DNA from: the human T2T-CHM13v2.0 reference genome, Homo sapiens
DNA: 64,000 bases
Direction: 5' to 3' (one strand)
Assembly: GCF_009914755.1 (NCBI RefSeq)
Contig: NC_060943.1
This document shows, piece by piece, positions 55,680-64,000 of the stretch. Position numbers and translations under genes: made by a program. The notes beneath the pieces were generated by a model. It searched no databases, had not been told where the DNA came from, and was given only the letters and a program-made list of their open reading frames with translations. The first letter of the stretch is position 1. Every line of letters starts with the position of its first letter.

Positions 55680-57660
55680 TCATGTCCAAGGCCCTCTGGT
55701 CTCAGCTCTTCTCTCTAATTCACCACATCATTCATTCAGCAAATATTTATGACTACCTGCTCCGTGACACGCCTATTCCAGACACTGGGGATACAGCCTA
55801 GAAACCATTCTCCAGCTGAGTGACACCTCATAATCCCAGCTCATGCCTGCAAGCCCAGCACTTTGGGAGGCCGAGGCAAGTGGATCACTTGAGGTCAAAA
55901 GTTCGAGACCAGCCTGGGCAACACAGAGAGACCCCAACTATAAAAAATGTTTTTGAAAAAGTAGTTGGATGTGGTGGTGCACACCTGTAGTTCTAGCTAC
56001 TCCAGAGGCTGAGGTGAGAGGATCGCTTGAGCTCTGGAGGTTGAGGCTGCTATGATCACACCACTGCACTCCAGTCTGGGTGACAGAGTGAGACCTTGTC
56101 TCAAAAAAAGCATTCTCCTTGCAGAACTTACATTCATGGTGGGGGAAGTTAGGCAATAGGTGACAGAGAGGTGTTTTAAATAGGGTACTCGGGAAAGGCT
56201 CTTTGAGATGTGGCCTGTGAGCTGACCCCTGCAGGGAGTGGAAGAGTGAGCCATGGGGATTAGCTGGGGCTAGTGGATTCCAAGCAGGGGGAACAGCCAT
56301 GCAAAGGCCTGGAGGCAGGAGCCTGCCTACTGTATTTGAGAACCATTGTGGCTGGAGCAGTGTTGGGATGGGAGAAGCTAAAGTCAAAGAGGGAAAGATC
56401 CTGGGGTCTTGCGGACTATTATGAAGACTGGCTTTTTTTTTTTTTTTTTTTTTTTTTTGAGACTGGGTCTTGCTCTGTCGCTCAGGCTGAAGGTCAATGG
56501 CGCAATCTCGGCTCACCACAACCTCCGCCTCCAGCGTACAAGTGATTCTCCTGCCTTAGCCTCCCGAGTAGCTGGGATTATAGGCGCCTGCCACCACGCC
56601 TGGCTAATTTTTGTATTTTTAGTAGAAACGGGGTTTCACCATGTTGTCTAGGCTGGTCTGGAACTCCTGACCTCAAGTGATCCACCCGCCTAGGCCTCCC
56701 AAAGTGCTGGGATTACAGGCGTCAGCCACCACACCTGGCCAACTTTGACTTTTATTTTTACTCTGAATGAGGTAGAACCAGCCAAGGGTTCTGGGCTGCC
56801 ACGGGTGCTAACAGAGTTCCCCTAGGGAACTGATTGTTGGGGGTTGTGGAGTAGAGAGACCAGGGAGGAGGGAGATTGGAGGCTGGACTCAGTCTAGTGG
56901 GAAGATGAGGCTTTGGGGGTGGGTGATGTCTCTGCTCCCTTCTGGGGGGTCCCAGATCTCAAACTGGCACCTACAGTCTTACCTCTTCCACGGTGCCTAT
57001 CCCAGAGCCTACATTCAAACCCTAGCTCCACCGCTTACTAACCATGATCTTAACCCATCTGTGCAACAGTTTTCTCATCTGTAAAGAGGGGTGAATGTGA
57101 GGATTAAGTGAAGTAATACATGTAAATTGCTTAGAGAAGTGTCTGCCACTCAGAAGCACTCAATATATGTTCTCGGCAGTGCTGGTCACATTGCTGTGGC
57201 TGGAATGCTTTCTTGGCAGTTGTTTAATCTTGTGACACACACATGCACACATCCTGAAAATGCCAGATGCATGGCTCATGCCTGTAATCCCAAAACCGTG
57301 GGAGGCCAAGGAGGGAAGATTGCTTGAGCCCAAGAGTTCCCGACCAAGCTGGGCAACATCGTGAGACCCTGTCTCTACAAAAAATACAAAAATTGCCAGG
57401 GTGTAGTGACGTGTGCCCATAGTCCCAGCCACTTGGGAAGCTGAGGCACACGGATCACTTGAATCCAGGAGGCTGAGGTTGCAGTGAGCCATGATTACGC
57501 CACTGCACTCCAGCCTGGACAACAGGGTGAGACCCTGCCTCAATTAAAAAAAAAATGCCAGATGCAGAAACTTACTTTTAAAGAACACTCATTTGGAGCC
57601 AGGAGAGGGTAGCTCTCACCTGTAATCCCAGCACTTTGGGAGGCCAAGGCAGGCAGATCA

Positions 57661-58011
<351 letters not shown>

Positions 58012-58789
58012 CTAGCAGGGTGGCCTCAGGCAACACGCTCCGTTCCGTGCACCTCTTCTTCAACATCTGTGAGGGCAATGATCATGGTACTTGCCTCCCG
58101 GATGGTTGTGGGGATGAAATGAATCATGCCTGTAAGTGCTTAGCACAGACCCTGTAAAAGATGCCCGGTGAGAGCCACACCCAAACTCCTCTCCCTGTTC
58201 TTCAACATCCTCAGAAACCGGCCCTTCCTCTCTGTGTTTCTCCCTAGCCTGGCTCCACCCATCTCAGGCAAAGCAGCCTGTGTCTTGCTCACACTCGTTC
58301 CATGGCCCTTCCCAACCTGCTCAAGTCAGTGGCTTCCCTTCTGCTCCTTGCCAGACATTCATGCCTGGCCTTGACATCACTGCTTGAACCTCTTTGTCTG
58401 GGGGGAAATGGATACGATATTTGTAATATGATTACAGATTGTCATAACCAACAAGAAAAACAAGATCAGGGCTATGAGAGAGAGTGACAGGGTGGCCGTA
58501 GCTCAGGTTGAGCGGTCAAGGTAGCTGAGATGCAAAGGGTAGGGAAGAGCCAGTATGAGGGGCCGAGGGGCATGGAGAGTGTTCCTAGTAGAGGGAACAG
58601 CACAGAAGACCTCCAGGCAGGAGAGAGCCAGGCCTCTTTTACCCTCAAAACCGACTCAAAGCTCTCCTTTTTCAGAAGCTTCCCAGGACTGACTCAGTGC
58701 CTATCAATTATCTTGTATCTCTTTGGTATTTTCAGGACCCCCATCCAAGCAAACCCAGCAAGAAAATGTGCCTAAAAAATAGTCAGTCA

Positions 58790-59164
<375 letters not shown>

Positions 59165-59439
59165 TTAAATAAAAATAAAGTCAATGAAAGCTTTTACTTC
59201 AAGAAAGAAAGAGTCCCTTGAATGTTGCCTTTTCGAAAGCTGCCACTATAGGATTCTTTTAAGTAGGGCCTCCCCCAATACCTGTGAGATGATGTCCAGC
59301 ACGGAGCAGACCCTCAATCAGTATCTGACATGAATGGAAGGTTCTATTTATATCAGTGCAGCAAGCAGCTGGGTGCTGTGGCTCACACCTGTATTCCTAG
59401 CACTTTGGGAGCCTGAGGCAGGAGGATTGCTTGAGCTCA

Positions 59440-59696
<257 letters not shown>

Positions 59697-60445
59697 TTAC
59701 TTTGAAATGCATCAAAAATGTTTGATATGGGGCTAAATGGACAGATGTGTGACCAAGCAAGTATGGTAAAATCTAAGTGGTGAGAATTCTGGTGTTCACT
59801 ATAAAATTCTTTCATCTTTTCATGAGGCTTGAAATGTTTTCAAAATAAAATATCGCAGGGGGAGGGAAGGAGCATATGTAATGAAATGATGGTATTCCAC
59901 AAAATAAGGGAAAACGCAGTGACTATAAAGTGAGGAACGTCCCATTTTTTGCACAAATGCAGGCCCCTCCCCTTGCCGGTCATTGAGCTCTTATTGATGC
60001 GTGGCTTTGTGTGTTTGCATTCACATTCTGTTTATAGGCCTTGCCTCCCAGGAAGGCTGTGAATTCCCCAAGGGCAAGAACACTGTCTATTATTTTCAGT
60101 CCCCCATTGATGGAATTTTGTAGCTGGAAGCAACAGTTGTCGAATCCCTGCCTCCCTTTATACAGGAGGAAATCGTGGCCCCTAGAGGGGAAGTAGGCGG
60201 CCTTCAGGCATCTTGCTCCCGATTGGAACGCAAGTCTCCCAGCACCCAGGCTAGTGCCTGGGAGTGTTACAGAGACTTCACCGGGAGCCATGAGAAGTCA
60301 GGTGCTGGCGACAGACGGAGCCAGACCCAGGCCTGCTGCTTTCTCTGTGGGCGCCCTTGTCCCACTGAGCCGCAGCATCCTCATCCATACAACGGTGACG
60401 ATAACAGGGCTTCTGCCTTTGGGTTGTGGGAGACTTAAAGAGTTA

Positions 60446-60711
<266 letters not shown>

Positions 60712-61212
60712 TGAGCAGCTGGGATTACAGGCACGCGCCACCACACCCAGCTAATTTCTTTTTTGGTATTTTTAGTAGAGACAGGGTTTCACCATGTTGG
60801 TCAGGCTAGTCTCGAACTCCTGACCTCATGATCTGCCAGCCTCGGCCTCCCAAAGTACTGGGATTACAGGCATGAGCCACTGTGCCCGGCCAAAAAAATA
60901 ATTTTTAATTAGCCAAGTGTGGTGGTGTGTGCCTGTAGTTCCAGCTACTCAAGAGGCTGAGGTGGGAGAATCCCTTGAGCCCAGGAGTTTGAGAACAGCC
61001 TGGGCAATATAGTGAGACCCCATCTCTTAAAAAAAAAAAAGAAAGAAAAAGAAAATTTGATGAGCCAAGTGTGGTGGCGCGTACCTGTAGTAATTCCAGC
61101 TACTCAAGAGGCTGAGGTGGGAGGATTTCTTGAGCCCAGGAGGTCGAGGCAGCAGTGAGCCATGATCGCATCTCTGCACTCTGGCCTGGGCGAAAGAGCA
61201 AGATTCTGTCTC

Positions 61213-61243
<31 letters not shown>

Positions 61244-62111
61244 ATATGAACAACTCTGGACACGGTACCTTGAGTCTAGCAAGTGTTCTATGCTCAGTAA
61301 TTGTAATCATTGTTCCTCTGGGCTTTGAATGGTCCACAGATCTGAAAATGGGGCCTTCTGTGCCCCTACTCAGGTGGCTCCTGTCACCAGCATGTCTTCC
61401 ACCTGAGCCTTCCATCCTTCTCCCTCTTTCCCCTGAGAGGATCCCCAGCCCCATCCCGTGTCTCACTTTTCTTATTCACCAATTCTCCTTCTCTGCTGAC
61501 GCCAAAGGGCAAAGACCTCTGTTTTTCCAGAATATCCTTTGTAGCTCTTCACTGTTTCTCTCCTTCCACTTACTGACTGTGTAAACTTGGTCATGTTTCT
61601 TAATGTGTGCAAGCGCCCACGTGCTTCTCTATAAAATGGGGCAATAACAGTCCCTTTCACCTAACTGGGGGGTTGGGAGGAGTCAATGATGTCATGCAGG
61701 TAACGCACCTGGCAGGCAGCCTGGCAGGTCTTAACTGCACAATAAATACAAGTTATTGTTGTTATTATTTTGGCGCCCCCCACCCCCTTGACTGAGGATG
61801 CTACCTCCTGGGCCCAGACCATTCTCTCCCGGTGTGTCTGTCCCCACGAGTGGCCTGCAGTGGTTTTCCCTGCACGAGTCCTCCTGCCAGTAGCCAGCAC
61901 GAACTTTGCACCCCAGCAAAGCGTGGTTTGTCCCCATTACCCGCCCTCTTACAGCTAATCAGCCTGAAATCTCCAGCTCAACCCACCCTATGCCTCAGAC
62001 ACTCCGACTCCTTCAGCAAAGTAACAAGAAAAGACAAGGCCCTCCTGCCTCCCTGTCCATCCCTCCTTAGGGAGCCCAGGGGACCACAATGAGACAGCAT
62101 AGTGTATCAAG

Positions 62112-62117
62112 TTTATT
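62112..62117 (-). terminator. SBSN: SBSN polyadenylation signal
   Basis: tttatt on the + strand, about 125 nt after the TAA. Confidence 0.88.
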
Positions 62118-62242
62118 CACAAATCCCAGTACAACCCCCTTCAGGGATTTCAGAAACCTGTCCCCCACCCCCAACCCCTCCAGGTCATGTCAGCTGATGT
62201 GACAACGGCGACATTATTCTCCCAGCAAGGCCGGATGCCAGT

Positions 62243-63660
62243 TTAGGGCATGATGTTGGCGACGCTCTGGAAGAGAGAAGGAGAGCAGGGGTGAATGTAG
62301 GGTCCACAGTCATGACGGGACCCGAGACCTCAGCCCCGCCCCTCGGGAGAAGCACAAGGGGACTGGCTGCTCTGGCCCCGGAGTTATGTTCTGGGGAAGT
62401 TTCAGGAAGGTAGCATCTAAACTTAAGAACACAAGGAAGCCAGTCCCCACAGGCAGAGGGGCTGGGGCCTCTGCAGGAACCAACAAGCCTCGTGTGTTTA
62501 GCCTGAGAGGATGCTCTGCCGCCCCCATAGCCTGGGATACACAAGGGTGGGCCTTCCTCCTCCGTGATACACCCTCACCCTGGCCTGCACCAGGTCTCGG
62601 GCAGCAGATACAATAAGTGCAAAAAGAGACTGGGTGCAGTGGCTTACGCCTGTAATCCCAGCACTTTGGGAGGCTGAGGAAGGAGGGGATCACTTGAGAT
62701 CAGGAGTTCGAGACCAGCCTGGCCAATATGGTGAAACCCCTGTCTCTACTAAAAATACAAAAATTAGCTGGGCATGTTGGCGCACACCTGTAATCCCAGC
62801 CACTCAGGAGACTGAGATAGGAGAATCACTTGGACCCAGAAGACGGAGGTTGCAGCGAGCTGAGATTGCACCACTGCACTCCAGCCTGGGAGATAGAGTG
62901 AGACTCCGTCTCAATAAATTAAAATAAAGAAAGAGAGTCAGGAGTTTACTTTGAGCCCCAACTGGGAACCAGGATTCCATAGGAGCCTCTGCACTGGGGT
63001 GACCTTGCACCAGGGAGAGGACAAAGACACAGGCTCCCCCTCCCAGCATGAAGCAAAGGCATTTGCAGGAGGGTTGGGACAGGAGGGAAGCCAGTCAGCA
63101 AATGGGAATCGAGGAATGAGGACAAGGAGAGAGAGGGAATGAGAACAGTCAGCAGCCCCTCCTCCCTCCCTGGCTCCCAGGGGCACCAGGGCCTGGGAGG
63201 TCTTTTCTGCCAGCTTGTGTTTGCCTTGGTGGAAATGAAAGGCACCCAAAAGATGAGGGCAGGGTGCAAAGGGGAGGGAGCAGGTGGAGAGAGGGAAGCC
63301 CAGGACTGGGTATCAGGTTGGAGGTTCTTTGCAGAGGCTGCAGGTCTGCCCGCCCGGGGAGCTGTCCAAACAGACACCGGGAAGGGGTCGGGGTGAGCGT
63401 ATCTATCAGGACGCAGAGCAGAAAAGAGACACCATGGGGCACTCACCCTCCACAGGGCGGGAAGGTTGATGAAAGGCGTGTTGACCGAGGCCTGCAATTC
63501 AAGGACAAGAAGGTCAGTCTCCAGCGTCTGACCCACAGCCATGCTAGGGAACTCCCAGGGGCCTCCTCTCCCCTACCCCAGAGTCCGCGCTTACCCCAGA
63601 GGCTAACGGCGTGGTTGTGGCCCCTCCTTGATGGCTGGAAGATCCGCTTTGATGGTTGCC
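62243..63660 (-). CDS. SBSN: Suprabasin, last three coding exons (5' part lies beyond the window)
   Basis: Exons 63595-63660 [22 protein letters not shown], 63447-63491 [15 protein letters not shown] and 62243-62266 SVANIMP-TAA; canonical splice sites, all phase 0. Confidence 0.95.
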
Positions 63661-64000
63661 CTGTGGACAAAGCCCAGACTCTTGTTACAACCCCACAACC
63701 GCGGAGGGTCTCCCAGTTCCTTTTCCCCAGGGACCTGGTCCCCTCCAGGGTGACTGGGGCTGCGGTGGGAGGCACAGCTTAACCCACTGCCTCCTCACTG
63801 TCCAGAAGAAAACCCAAAGCCCGTGCTCGCGTGGGCATTCTGCCTCCTGCTGCCTTTTCCTCCCCAAAGCCCCTTTTAATTTCCTTAATGAAGTGCTCTC
63901 AGTCATGGAGGAGGGGCTGGTGGAAAGGGAAGGTAGAGGACCCGTGACAAACAATATCAGGACCTAGTTTAACCTCAGCCCTGACCTCAAATCTACCCTT

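Overview
Human (primate, very Alu-rich) genomic DNA that I recognise as chr19q13.12, the cluster of secreted stratified-epithelium genes. All three genes are on the minus strand: complete KRTDAP (6 coding exons, 99 aa, 26148-29162), complete DMKN/dermokine (about 35940-52400; three start exons and two 3' ends) and the last three exons of SBSN/suprabasin (62110-63660). The first 25 kb is intergenic: Alus, ERV1 LTRs, L1/L2/MIR and DNA transposons, plus a candidate immune-type enhancer and a CTCF motif. Main observations: (1) an ungapped inverted copy of part of DMKN exon 1 (81/105 nt identical) in DMKN intron 5; (2) a 9-residue hydrophobic module in exact register with the splice donor in nine phase-0 microexons across all three genes; (3) DMKN looks like two ancestral KRTDAP-like genes joined by read-through; (4) DMKN's non-coding last exon hides an in-frame 77-codon ORF with a GPI-signal-like end. 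Most entries in the ORF track are Alu-derived or antisense artefacts. Exon coordinates were read by hand from splice sites. Repeat family names come from recalled consensus sequences and their boundaries are approximate.
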